The translations under genes were made by a program, and so were the position numbers. From the NCBI GenBank assembly GCA_964016885.1, contig OZ024746.1, forward strand, positions 22,258,001 through 22,322,000: DNA of 64,000 nucleotides, written 5' to 3'. This document shows positions 51,143 to 64,000 of this stretch, one piece after another. The DNA comes from Eledone cirrhosa. Its lineage: Eukaryota. The stretch's first letter is position 1; each line of letters begins with the position of its first letter. The notes under the pieces are model-generated. The model was given only the letters and a program-made list of their open reading frames with translations, had not been told where the DNA came from and did no database searches.

Positions 51143-53307
51143 ATAATCATCATCATTGTTTAACGTTCATTTTCCATGCTAGCATGGGTTAGATGGGTTG
51201 TCCCGTCAGATCAGGTGACTGTGAAGGCTCTCTTCAGTCCCCCTTTTCTTCATATCTTTTCTGTCTACACTTCCTTTAAAGTGTGCATTCTTGTGGAATG
51301 ACAAATGAGGTATATTTTTCAACATAGTCCCTGGAAAGAAACAATGCAGTTATCATTAATAAGAAGAGTTGAAATTAATACATGCAAGATTTCACAGCTC
51401 TAGCATCAATCCTTTATAATCATCCTATGAACTTTTCAGTCAAGCCTTGTATGTATTTATAGTCCACGGTGTAAATGTGGTTGGCATTAGCAAGGGCATC
51501 CAACCATAGAGATCAAGCTAGAAACAGTTCTGTATTGAGTAAGACATGGACACTTGATCTGACTTGTCTCGTAACGAGACAACTCATCTAAACCACGCTA
51601 GCATGGAAAATGAACATTAAACGGTGATGATGATGATAATGATGGTGTTGATGTATATTTGTATGTATATGTGTGTATGTGTGTGCTGTGTATATCTAAA
51701 TTAAAATAAAACACTGTGTCCCTGCCTGTCATAATAGGTGACTAAAAGGGTTAGTACCAGGAAGGGCTTCCAGCTGTAAAAACATTGTTTCAAAAAGGGC
51801 CTTGTGATCATTATGAACCCTGCCATGGGTCCGCAAGGCTAACCCCTGTTTAAATGGAAAAAAAAGGGGTCTTAAAACCTGTTGTATCTTCATTTAGTTG
51901 TATCTTCATTCTGTTGTATCTTCATTTAGTTCTTTGTCCATCCTCACCATGTGATTAAGTTAACAGAGGTTATATTTTTCTCTGCTTTTGTCTGAATATT
52001 ATTTTACAATGTTCCCACATATATTTGTCTCATTTCCTCTTCCTAACATTCCACAATAGACTTCTCTTTGTAATTAGAAATGATATTGTTAATGAAAAAT
52101 GAATTCTTTGTACTTGTATTTAAATCTCTCCTTGGTCTATGATATAAAGCAGCACGTTTTAGAATGGCCGTATTTAAATTAAAGACCTCCAGCCATGGGA
52201 ACATTTTTTTAAGTTACATTCCAAACATCACCTTAACAATGAGAATGTTAATGTTAGTAAATCCCTTTGACTTCTCCTCCTCCTCCTCTCCCTTCTTCTT
52301 CTTATTATTATTATTATTATTGTTGTTGTTGTTGTTGTTGTTGTATTGGCAGTATTGAGTTATTGGAAGAAATGAGAATCCCAATCTGAATATTAATGGA
52401 GAAGCCTTATTGGACGTCTGTTCAACTTCTTGATTATTTTCAAAATTATTTGAAACATATATGCAATGTCTTTCATTAGAAATATGGTAATTAAAGGGTT
52501 AAATATATAATTTATCTAAAGTTTAGGTAAAAACTTCGTTAAGTGATGTTCCTAACACCAACTTAATAATGTCTTGAGCCTGGAGGCTTATCCTGGTTAA
52601 GTGACTGAGAGTACAAGACTCCTCTAGGGTACTAGTCAATCACAGGGTTAAACCCTCCAACTATTGTTTCTACTCATTTTCATTTGAGTATAATGGAGCA
52701 AAGTGAAATTAAATGTTTTGTTCGAGAACACGACACACAACCAGGTCCAGGAATCAAACCCACAACATTGGGATCATAAGTCTAACACCCTTACCACTAC
52801 GCCATACATCTTCACTTAATAATAAGAAAGTTAGTTATATTACTAAATCCCTAAAAATTCTTGCTTGTTTTCAAAATCATTTGAAATGCATAGACAGTGT
52901 ATTTTAGCAGAAACATGATCAGAAAAGGGTTAAATTTGGACTGTAATTCCTATTATTAAATAATTATTCATTGTAATTTTCTCATTTAATGACAGAGAGA
53001 GAAGGAGAGACAAAGAGAGGGGAGAGAGGGAGGGGCAGTTATGTGAAATGCTGAAATTATTAGCAACAAAAGTTATTTCATGAAATAAATAAAGAGATGA
53101 AAGCAGGAGATTTTGCCCAAAATGTGGCTGTTATTGTTATTGGTGTTGCTATTGTGTCCTGCTTAGTTTTTAACTACTGTATATATACACACACACACAA
53201 TATATATATATATACACACACACATATACATGCACATTCACACATATACATCTACACACACACTCACACATCCACATCCACACATATATACACATACACA
53301 CACACAC

Positions 53308-53346
<39 letters not shown>

Positions 53347-53449
53347 AAAGGTAAACAGAAATACACCCACAATCAGTACAGTATATGGAAGGGATATATT
53401 AATATATATACATATATATATATATAAATATAGATATATAGATATATAT

Positions 53450-53860
<411 letters not shown>

Positions 53861-54959
53861 CGAGAGAGAGAGAGAGATATCATCATAATCATCACCATTT
53901 TACATTCACTTTGCATGAGTTGGGCAGGTCTTTTAAAGAACAGCATATCTCCAATTGTCATGTTCCTTCATCATCTCTGCCAGTTTAAGATGTGGCTACA
54001 TAAACAGTTTTATATTATGTCAGTTTAAGATGTAGCCCCTATAAACTTCATTCAAATGTTACACAAGCTAAACTGTTTTATATTATTTGATTGGGAATTT
54101 AGAAATGTAATTGTGGAAATTGTTTTCTTGTGTTCAACATTTTCCTTCGACTCTAATATTTCTGAGTAATTAGAAATATCATGACCAACTGACATTTGAT
54201 ATTCATGAGCGCTACTCACACACATTCTCAGCCCACCTCTAACCTAACCTTACTGATACCCACCACCAATTAATCCACTCTTATCACTCCATCACATCAA
54301 ACCCAATATTATTTTTATTTTTACATTATTTTTGTAGATCTTTTGTTTTGTTATTTTTTCCCCTCCTGAAAATATCCAAATGTTATTTTACTTGTTCCCC
54401 TAATTCTAAATTAAAGTGCTTCATGTCATCTTCACATGGAAAGGTTAAATAGCAATGGTGGGGATGTTTAATGGAATCTAACAAGAATTTTTCAACCGTA
54501 AAAACATTCAACTTTAGTCATTTAACCCTTTTGATACCAACCCAGTCAACTACAACTCAGGTTCTTATGAAAAAACACAGCCATTTTAAAGGGTTCCTAT
54601 TATCACCACCTTCATCATTGTCAACATCATCACCACCACCATCATCATTGTGTTTGTTGTTGTCATCATTATCATCTTAATAATCATAATAATCATCATC
54701 ATCGTCATCACCATCATTGTTGTTGTTGTCATTGCTGTGGTTGCCACCATCACCTTCATCATCAACATCAACACCATCATCATCATCATCATCAGCATCG
54801 CCATTTTATGTCTATCTCTCACATTTACATAGGTTATATTGTTTGTCATGTTCTCAGATTAGACAGGTTAGATGGATATGTTTCATTCATATGATCTGTT
54901 CTGGCATGGCTTTTACAGCAGGATGCCCTTCTTAATGGCAGTGACTTCATGACATGTAC

Positions 54960-55470
54960 TGGATGTATTTTTTGGGGGCACTGGCACTACCACCTGACAG
55001 AGTAGACTGGGTGAATTTTATCCTGGCACCAGCACTACCACTTTACAGTGTGGGCTGAGTGCATTTTATTGTGATCCAAGCACTGTCACTTTACAGAGTG
55101 GACTAGGTGTGTTTTATGGTGATCCCAGCACTACCACTTTACAATGTGGGCTGAATCCATTTTATCATGATCCCAGCACTAACACTCTACAGCATGGGCT
55201 GGTGCATTTTATTTGATCCTTGCACTGCCACTCTAAAGTGTGGTCTGAGTGTATTTTATTGTGGCACCAGCACTACCACTCTACAGTGTCAGCTGGGTGC
55301 ATTTTATCATAACACCAGCATTGTTATTTTACAGTATCGGCTGAATGCATTTTGTTGTGGCACCAGCACTGCCATTTTAGAGTGTTGGTTGGGTGCATTT
55401 TATTTTAACACCAGTGCGACCACTTAACAGTGTGGGCCGAGTGCATTTTATTGTGGACCAACACTACCAA
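54960..55470. repeat. ~47-49 bp degenerate minisatellite
   Basis: Unit approximately CCACTTTACAGTGTGGGCTGGGTGCATTTTATTGTGGCACCAGCACTA, ~10-11 copies. Confidence 0.85.
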
Positions 55471-56389
55471 TTTTTAACAATAGGATATTTGTGTTATTCT
55501 CACCAGAGTTTATTATATCCCCATAACAACCTTAGTTCCCTACCCCTAGCATTAGAACTCTCCTATATGATCAATAATCTCGCTGGAAGTAACTCTATTC
55601 CAAAATGGCGCAGACTGAATGAGTTGGTATTAAGGCCAACAAAATATATATATATTTTTTTTTTGTGGAGTTATGGCATAACCGTCTTGCCTCTCTAACC
55701 CTTGATAAGATTGTAATACGACCAATATACAATCCATAGTTGTAGCTACTGGTAAACATTTCCTAAAATATAACCAATATAATGGAAAGGAAAACCTTGA
55801 TATTAATACTCACAACATATACACATTTGAACATTACCAGAACAATTATCACATTGCATCCACCATAAACTTCATAGAAATTGCTTTTCATACCCACGCA
55901 CCTCTGTCTGCTTAATATGCTTTTATACCTGTATTGTATTATGTGATACCTTTGCCATACTGTGATATATATGCTTAGTACCATTGCTTGTTTTACCCTG
56001 TTATTCTGTACATGCCTAATACCTCTGCACTCTTTCTATATGTTTGCCTATGTACTGCTAATGTCCTCATTTTGCAAGTAACTTTCTTCTTTAATTCCTC
56101 TATAATTGTTGTATTATTCTTTTACAATCTGAGTTCAAATCCCGCCGAGGTTAACTTTGCCTTTCATCCTTACGGGGTCGATGAAATAAAGTACCAGTAA
56201 TGCACTGGGATAATTGCTGGCCTTGTGTCAAAAGTAGAAATAATTATTCTTTTATAATCTTTGTCGCATCCACTGATACTGACCACATCATCTTCACTCT
56301 TTAAATATGACACTGTTGATGACAACAGTAATATCTACCTATCTTTACAATTGTTCTGTGGAATAGGAGGTTAACTATATGTCTAAACT

Positions 56390-56580
56390 TTGCTAGTGTT
56401 CCGATGATTCCAAACGAAAGTTTGGAATAAACGATTGTCAGCAATAAAATGTTTTGAACATAGTTTTGATTATTCTGTAATTTATATTCCGGCTCTGTAA
56501 AACATCTGATATATTTACATTGCGCTATTTTTCTTACTGGTAATAAGGTGGTAATGAATTACTGACGTTTCCTGTTTATA
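56390..56580 (+). mobile_element. Decayed PLE terminus related to 59566-59915
   Basis: TGTT-CCGATGA-TTCCAAACGAAAGTTTGGAA-TAAAC-GATT-GTC-AGCA, plus the shared tail CTTACTGGTAATAAGGT. Confidence 0.65.
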
Positions 56581-57179
56581 ATTATATATAGTGTATATAT
56601 AAGTATAAATAATATTATTATTATTATATATATATATGTGAGGCAAGACAGTTATGCCATAGCTCCACATCTTTCCATCTCACTTAAATTTTGAAAATAT
56701 TGAAATTGTGAGACCAATAAAGTTATTTAAAATAATCTTCTTAAAGATGCAAGTGCATTTTCAACTTCTCAAGGTGATCAAACCATGCAACATGCACTTG
56801 TTCAGTGATTGTGTATTGCTGTTTTATGGGTTTATGGTGAATTACTGTTATCATATATGAGCTGAGTGTAGTTATAGCTATCAATCAAGTCTGTTGTGAA
56901 GATCAATTCACCACTTTCCTTTAGCAAATAACAGCAGGTAGACTTTCTCTACTTTGTGTCGTTTTTGTTTATCATGAAAGAAATTGAGTGTTGGATATGT
57001 TTGAAAGGTTTGTAAACAAAGTTTTTCCTCTGAAGCTAAGACTTTATCACCTTTAAATTCTACTTGAAGAAGAATGTGATGATGTGAGGGTACAAAAGAA
57101 GGAACAGGATCTAATAATGAACAGCATGGGAAACAACTTGTTGAAATATATACTTTATATATACATAACTATATACTTT

Positions 57180-57659
57180 TGTAGCGGCCCCTTACAGCTG
57201 TAACTCAGCACGTATAGGAGTTGCGTCCCATTGCGACGGTCGCGACTCCCAGTGGCAGATACGTATAGGAGTTGCATCCCTTTGTGACGGTTGAGACTCC
57301 CTGTGGCAGATCCATGTACTAAATGGAGTTGCATCCCCCTGGGGACTATATATTTGAGGACAATCAAGGCATAACTCTCTCACTTCCTTCGCCCGCAACA
57401 AGAACACCTCAGACTTTGTCAAGAGATGACTCCTGTCTCCCTTCCTGCGACGGCAGCCTAAAGAAACACTTGAACCTTACCAAGAGAAGATTTCTGTTCT
57501 TCTCCACACACTCCAGTCTGGGAGTTGTGACCAACTGACCATCAACTTGTGGTAACAATTATTTATATCAATTTATTTGACTTCTGTGAAGTAAAACCAT
57601 GTCACAACACTCACCTGCAATTATTGTCATTCTTAACTATATATATATACTCTGATACA
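57180..57659 (+). mobile_element. Probable solo LTR
   Basis: TGTA...TACA ends, 51 bp tandem repeat in the U3-like part, TATATAT box near 57347, AGTAAA near 57590. No clear TSD. Confidence 0.55.
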
Positions 57660-57695
57660 AATATATATACATGACTACTACTTTTATATATATAT

Positions 57696-57920
57696 GAAGG
57701 CGCATGGCTTAGTGATTAGAGCATTGGGCTTGCAATTGAAAGGTTGTGAGTTCAATTCTCAGACCGGGTGATGTGTTGTTCCTTGAGCAAGACACTTTAT
57801 TTCACATTGCTCCAGTTTACTCAGCTGTAGAAATGAGATGATAGGACTGGGGTCCATATCATTCCACTGCAAAGTGGTCATGGAGGTGCCATGGCAAAAA
57901 AGCACCCAGCACTCACTGTA
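57696..57920 (+). mobile_element. Family B SINE, 3'-truncated
   Basis: Near-identical to 29416-29642. Confidence 0.85.
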
Positions 57921-58539
57921 TACTTTTAAATATACATAACTATATACTTTTATATATATATAAAACTACATACTTTTATATATACATAACTACATCCTCT
58001 TATATATACATAACTATATACTTTTCTATATATACATGAATACATACTTTTATATATACATACCTGCATACTTCTATAGCTATATATCTACATACTTTTA
58101 TATATACATATCTGCATACTTTTATATATACATATCTACATACTTTTATATACACATATATACATACTTTTATATATACTGTTCATAACTGCATACATTT
58201 ATAAATATGGTGTTAGGAAGGGCATCTAGCAGCTGTAATGACCCCAGCTAACACACAGTCCCGATTTGTGCAAGGTACGGCATGGCCATCTGGCCTGATT
58301 ATTTCATAACAGGACCATCCAGTTCTACGCTATGGTTGGTGTTAGGAAGGGCTGGAACAAAAGGAAGACGTTGGTCATCTAGAAAACACACATAGTGTGT
58401 TTATGATGCTGTTTGCTTGCAAACAAACTGAATATTAATAATTTTATAATATTATTATATTATTATTATTCATTCATGAATACATTTAAGTATCCACCAT
58501 GTTAAGAACAAAAACAAATTTTGTTTTATATATATATAT

Positions 58540-58948
58540 GGAAAGATTGAGGACCCCGATGGCTGAGCTCCAGCCGTTTCGACAGCTAGATCTGATCTAG
58601 CTGTCGAAACGGTCGGAACTCAGCCGTCGGGGTCCTCAATCTTTTCATATTACACACTCTGTTACCCCACGTATCGGGTACTCTGGTGGGTTATGGTCCA
58701 TCTGGTATTTTACTGCACCCTATTTGATATATATATATATATATAGGAACGAGTAGGACCCCAACGGCTGAGCTCAAGCCATTTCGACGGCTAATTCTGG
58801 ATTTTTTTTTAGTCCAGAATTAGCCGTCGAAACAGCTTGAGCTCAGCCGTCGGGGTCCTACTCGTTCCTATTACCCACTCTACTACCCTAAGTATTGAGT
58901 ACTTTGGTGCATTATGGTCCACCTGGTTCCTTACCACATTTCCTTTGT

Positions 58949-58950
<2 letters not shown>
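58540..58950 (+). mobile_element. Two adjacent fold-back PLE termini
   Basis: Each unit is an inverted ~55 bp arm, a forward arm with GTCGAAAC...GCCGTCGGGGTCC, and an ~80 bp tail; (TA)n separates them. Confidence 0.8.
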
Positions 58951-58997
<47 letters not shown>

Positions 58998-59536
58998 GGG
59001 GGCTGTTTATCTTGTTTTTTTAGGTGTTGGTTGATTCGAGAAAAACTAGATGACTACAAAATACTTTTAATCCGTTGAGAGTGATTTAGTGACTGAAAAT
59101 ATATCTGATAAAATGGTGGACGAATCATAAAGATTTCTTCATTTATTGGAGGGTGGGCTTTGGAACTTTTTCAGCAATGCAGCAACACTTTAACGGTTTA
59201 ACGGAATGTCTGCTACTAAAGATTAAACAGTTTTATCATACACAGCAGATAACAAACCTGCATCTCTTTTTACTGATCTTATCAAATGTCTTTCAAATAT
59301 CTGTTTCATTTAAAGGTAGGTCTTATAACAAGAGTTTGAAGTCTATATTTCTATATTCCTTGATAAAACAGGAGATTTGTGGGCTGCTATGACAGTCTAC
59401 CTATTGCCTTTTTGAGGTAATGTTTTACGGTTGAATGTCCTCCCTATCTGGTGTCAATGCTCCGAGTCATTTCTTATGATATGCAGGGATACTATGTACC
59501 TATTCTAAACTGGATACGCACAGCAAACATATATCC

Positions 59537-59565
<29 letters not shown>

Positions 59566-59569
<4 letters not shown>

Positions 59570-59915
59570 GAATTCACATGAATCAAAGTTCTGTTCAAAC
59601 CATTTATTAGCTTACAATTGTTTCATCCAAACCGAGGTTTGGAATCTTCAGAGCAATTTTTCAATGTTTGTTTACGTACATGTCTCTTGTGTTAGAAAGG
59701 AGGTCATGTATGTAAACAAACATTGAAAAATTGCTCCGAAGATTCCAAACCTCGGTTTGGATGAAACAATTGTAAGCTAATAAATGGTTTGAACAGAACT
59801 TTGATTCATGTGAATTCTATATAACTGCTCTGTAGAACAACTGATGTTATTAAATTGAGCTATTTATCTTACTGGTAATAAGGTAGTAATAAATTACTGT
59901 CTTTCACTGTTTAGG
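59566..59915 (+). mobile_element. Fold-back PLE terminus (~120 bp arms plus tail)
   Basis: Palindrome 59566-59821 next to (TA)n. Confidence 0.75.
59608..59656 (-). ncRNA. Minimal type I hammerhead ribozyme
   Basis: GCU-CUGAAGA-U-UCCAAAC-CUCG-GUUUGGA-U-GAAA-C-AAUU-GUA-AGC. Confidence 0.75.
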
Positions 59916-60320
59916 GTTTAAAATATATATAACTATAAAAAGTTTTAGTATATACATAACAATAAATAGTATCCTTAATACTATATTTATATATATATAT
60001 ATACACATGTATATACAAAGAATCACACACATACATACATACAGAAGCACACACATGTACAGATTTGTGTATATGTATATATATATCTTACCTTGCCCTG
60101 AATCACATGCACTATAAAAAAACTACACAACCCACTATACATACAAATATGTTGCTTGAGATATACCAATGCACTATATCTATATACATACATATATATA
60201 TATATATGAGCAAGACATGGTCAGCCGACCAGGCACTGCCCACAACAGGACAACCCGTCTAACCCATGCTAGCGTGGAAGAATGGATGTAAAACGGTGAT
60301 GATGATGATGATGATGATGA

Positions 60321-60360
<40 letters not shown>

Positions 60361-60479
60361 GGTAAAGACCCCCTTCGGTCCATGGGATTTGTACCTAGAA
60401 AGTTCCCCTCCAAGGCATATATATATATATGACATATATATATAAATATATATGTATATACACTAATACTCTATTACAT

Positions 60480-60680
60480 GTTCTAGGCCAGTCAGCAGAA
60501 TGTTGAGATGTCTCTTGAAAACATCAACATGCACTCCGTGTAGATCTCTCAGATTTTTTGGCAGCTTATCAAAAAACTGGAGTCCCTTGAATCACAGGCT
60601 ATTGCTGTATTGGGTCCTTATTCTAGATGGGACCTTTAGCACTACACAGTGGCATCCTGTTTGTGGGCACCCAGTCCACA
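60480..60680 (-). mobile_element. Decayed CR1/Jockey-group LINE C-terminal fragment
   Basis: RIRTQYSNSL*FKGLQFFDKLPKNLRDLHGVHVDVFKRHL. Confidence 0.6.
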
Positions 60681-60729
60681 CAATACATGCAGCAACCACA
60701 AGTATTTAAAGGCTATATATATATATGGA

Positions 60730-61141
60730 CCTTACCCAATTGCACCTCTCAAGGGCAATGACACAAGACCATGACCTCTGGCGTCATGCAGTAATACAGA
60801 AGACCTGACCCCCCATAGGAACAAGACAAAGCGAAGCATATAGACAATATCTCCCCCCCCCCCCCTGCAAAGTCGTCATGGAGGTGCCACGGCAAAAAAC
60901 CACCCAGCCCACACTGTAAAGTGGACGTGTAGGCGCCATGGAAAAAAAAGCACCCAGCACTCACTGCAAATGAGGTTGGTGTTATGAAGGGCATCCAGCT
61001 GTAGAAATCAAGCCAGAATCAGTTTCTGTATGAGCAAGACAAGGTGAGCCGACTGGACACTGCCCACAACAGGACAACCCATCTAACCCATGCTAGCATG
61101 GAAGAACGGACATAAAACGGTGATGATGATGATGATGATGG
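60730..61141 (+). mobile_element. Non-autonomous element with RTE-type 3' tail
   Basis: Homologous to 41930-42210 and 37150-37720 (minus); AACCCATGCTAGCATGGAA...(GAT)n. Confidence 0.75.
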
Positions 61142-62029
61142 TATATATGGTCTCTGAATGCTTGCAGTTGCTACATGTATTTATTTATGTGTTTGTGAGA
61201 AATAGGTTGGGACTAGGATCAACCACTCAAGAGTAAATAATAGTGAAGGATGTACAAAACTGGAAGCAATTTATAATTTGAAAGTAGCCTCTAACATATT
61301 GTATTGTTTTATTGGTTTCACCCACTTGTCTGTGGCCACACTTGAACACTGCCATGTTTACAAAAACTAATTAGAGCAGTGATCTCTAACTTTTTCACTA
61401 TCAAAAACTATTTTTATTTAATGAATATTTTCCAGGTCTTTTGGAAATCTGTTTACTCAACTAGTTCTCCAGCCACCAGTATTATCTTTATGGAGCATAG
61501 GTTGGAAACTAACAAATTAGAGTAAGGTGTTTGTAAGTCTGTAAGCTAAAAAGACCATGTAGCATGGTTAACTACGTTTTTGTGAAATAATCTAGAAACA
61601 GAAGAAGCATGACTAATGTAACCAATACGTGTAAGTTATATAACCTACTTGATAATGAGCACTAAGAACAATGGTAACTTGTATTGTTATACGAAACAAA
61701 CCATTCTATGTTTTCATTTTACTCATTGTTTGAAATACACTGCTATCAACTCTACTTTAGTTATGTCCTCCTCTCCTTCAATTTGAAGCTTTATATTAAC
61801 AATATTCAGAATAGTTTATCTTCTAGAAGTTCTGTTTTCTATATTGTTTAATGTATATGTTCCGATTAATAAATATATTTTAAAATAGAATAAAACAAAC
61901 GGAACCCTTTCACAGGCACAGGCATGGCTGTATGGTTAAGAAGTTTGCTTTGCAATCACATGGCTCTTAGTTCATTACCATTGTACATCACCCTGGACCA
62001 GTGTCTTCTGCAATAGTCTCAGCTTGGCC

Positions 62030-62390
62030 AATGGGGAAATGTTTTGGTTCAAGATGCACCTCACTCTAGCCCACCAACTGAGATTAACAGGAACAAATTA
62101 AGCATGTTAGTCAACAGTAACTCCTGTCATATGACCTGAATGATTGCAGATATTCTTCAAATATCTGAATCAAGGGTTGAAAACCATCTGTATTAACTTG
62201 GTTATGTCAGCAGGTTTGGTTCCCACATCAATTGACTGAGGCTAAACTTGCCCAATGAATTCCCATCTGTGATTTGTTGCAGAAACATGATGAAAACGAT
62301 CCTTTTTTTTTTCTTTTTTTCTTAAGAGAATGATGACAGGGGTTGAAAGATGAATCATCTATAGGAATGTGAATGGAAAATGTCTAGAAC
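62030..62390 (+). pseudogene. Decayed mariner transposase fragment
   Basis: Frameshifted IADILQISESRVENHL..LGYVSR..W.PHQLTE...ICDLLQKHDENDPF..KRMMTG.E, matching the mariner WVPHEL and TGDEKW regions. Confidence 0.75.
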
Positions 62391-62633
62391 TACCCTAGAT
62401 GAATATGGCCATGCACACAGTTGAGATGGAACTCAGCACCTCATAGCTGCAAAATAAACTTGTTAACCATATAGCTACTCCTGTCACAGTATCCATTGTC
62501 AAACAACGTATTCCTTTTCACCTAATAGCTTAAACTAATCACAACAAACAGTACATTAATTCAATAATGTTATTACTGTCAGAACATTTAAACATCTGCC
62601 CAGTTTCTCTCTCTCTCCCTCTACCCCTCACCA

Positions 62634-62703
<70 letters not shown>

Positions 62704-63589
62704 TATAATTTTTTTTTTCTGTGTTGTCACTGAAAATAAATAATATAATAATATCACTTTTATGTTATTAGTTTATTGATTGTTGAAAACTAGTTTTGAC
62801 CGAGGTTTAACTAGTAGACATATTAAAATTAACTTAACTGATTTGAGTCAGACATGAAGACTAAGTCCAACATAGAGAGAGGAACAAATTTTTCCTTTTG
62901 ATGTCAAAAATTACCAAAGTTAATTTATAAACTTTGACAGACACATTTGGTAAAACTGATTCATTGAATATTATTCATTATATTATCCTTATATTTTTCA
63001 GTTTTCTTCTGTATGTCTATATATATGTATTTTTTTTTTCAGAGACAACACATATATATATATATATATTATATATATATATATATATATATGTATAATT
63101 TTTTTCCCCGCTGTTACACGTCTATTTCGTTCTTACTGCTTCCTCTTTCTCTGTATCTTTACCCTCTTTAGCAGTCACTCTCTCTGTTAGCCTCTTCCTC
63201 ACCCTTCACTCACTCATTCTCTGTTACTACCTCTCCTCCTCCTCCTTCTTCCCGTTTGACCTGTGCGTAATTCTTTTCTTTCACACCCTTGGTCTGGCAG
63301 GTCGCTTTTTTTTCTCTCTCTCGTCTACGATTTCACAGAACTTACGTTCACCGAAATCACAGACTATATCCCTTCTTCCTCCCGTTAGACCTGTACGGAA
63401 TTCCTTCCTTGCTTACGTTCCAACCAGGTTTGATGGTCTTTATTCTCTCTCGTTCACGATTTCACCGAATTTAAATTCATAGAAATTTGGGACTTCACTC
63501 CTTCTTCCTCACTTTTCGTTGCTTCACCATTTTTGTTTGTTTAAACTCATGTTCCCTTTATTTACGTGTCCCAACGACTTTTTTTAGCC

Positions 63590-63670
63590 GTTGCTCACAC
63601 CAACCGGAGGTATATGGTCTTTAAAGCGATGAAATACTAATGATGGTTGGAAGATCACTGATGAAGGACT
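63590..63670 (+). ncRNA. Candidate non-circularly permuted hammerhead ribozyme with kink-turn (copy 2)
   Basis: GGUAUA-UGGUCUU...GAAAUACU...AAGAUCA-CUGAUGA; CCAACC/GGUUGG replaces CUAGCC/GGCUAG. Confidence 0.6.
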
Positions 63671-63677
63671 AACTTTA

Positions 63678-63828
<151 letters not shown>

Positions 63829-64000
63829 TTCATTAGATTTATTGGTGTGTATATATATACAGAAGATCCAACCTGCAGATTACAATGTGACTTGACCTAC
63901 CCTCCCCTTTCCACTAGCACTCAACTTCACTACTTCACCCCTCCCCACAAACACACTGTAGAGTGGCAGGTGTGAGGAAGGGCATCCAGCCATAGAAAGC

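Overview
AT-rich, microsatellite-dense eukaryotic DNA. The repeat landscape (Nin/Deu-domain and Meta-type tRNA SINEs, RTE LINEs with (GAT)n tails) looks like an octopus/coleoid cephalopod; this assignment is inferred. I can support one host gene: a four-coding-exon NUDT8-like CoA diphosphatase on the minus strand (336-5368, about 296 aa, all introns GT-AG and in phase). The other ~56 kb has no convincing exons. It contains SINEs, RTE, CR1-, Tx1- and CRE-like LINE remnants, Penelope-like elements (PLEs), piggyBac-type MITEs, a decayed mariner, a probable solo LTR and large mini/microsatellites; nearly all long ORFs in the track are repeat artefacts. The main hidden signal is RNA structure. Many inserts in (TA)n tracts are fold-back PLE termini carrying minimal hammerhead ribozyme (HHR) motifs, some with a compensated U3-A8 core. 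Two diverged copies (41.8 kb, 63.6 kb) show a pseudoknotted, non-circularly permuted HHR-like fold with a kink-turn, supported by covariation. All structures were read by eye and are untested; repeat boundaries are approximate.
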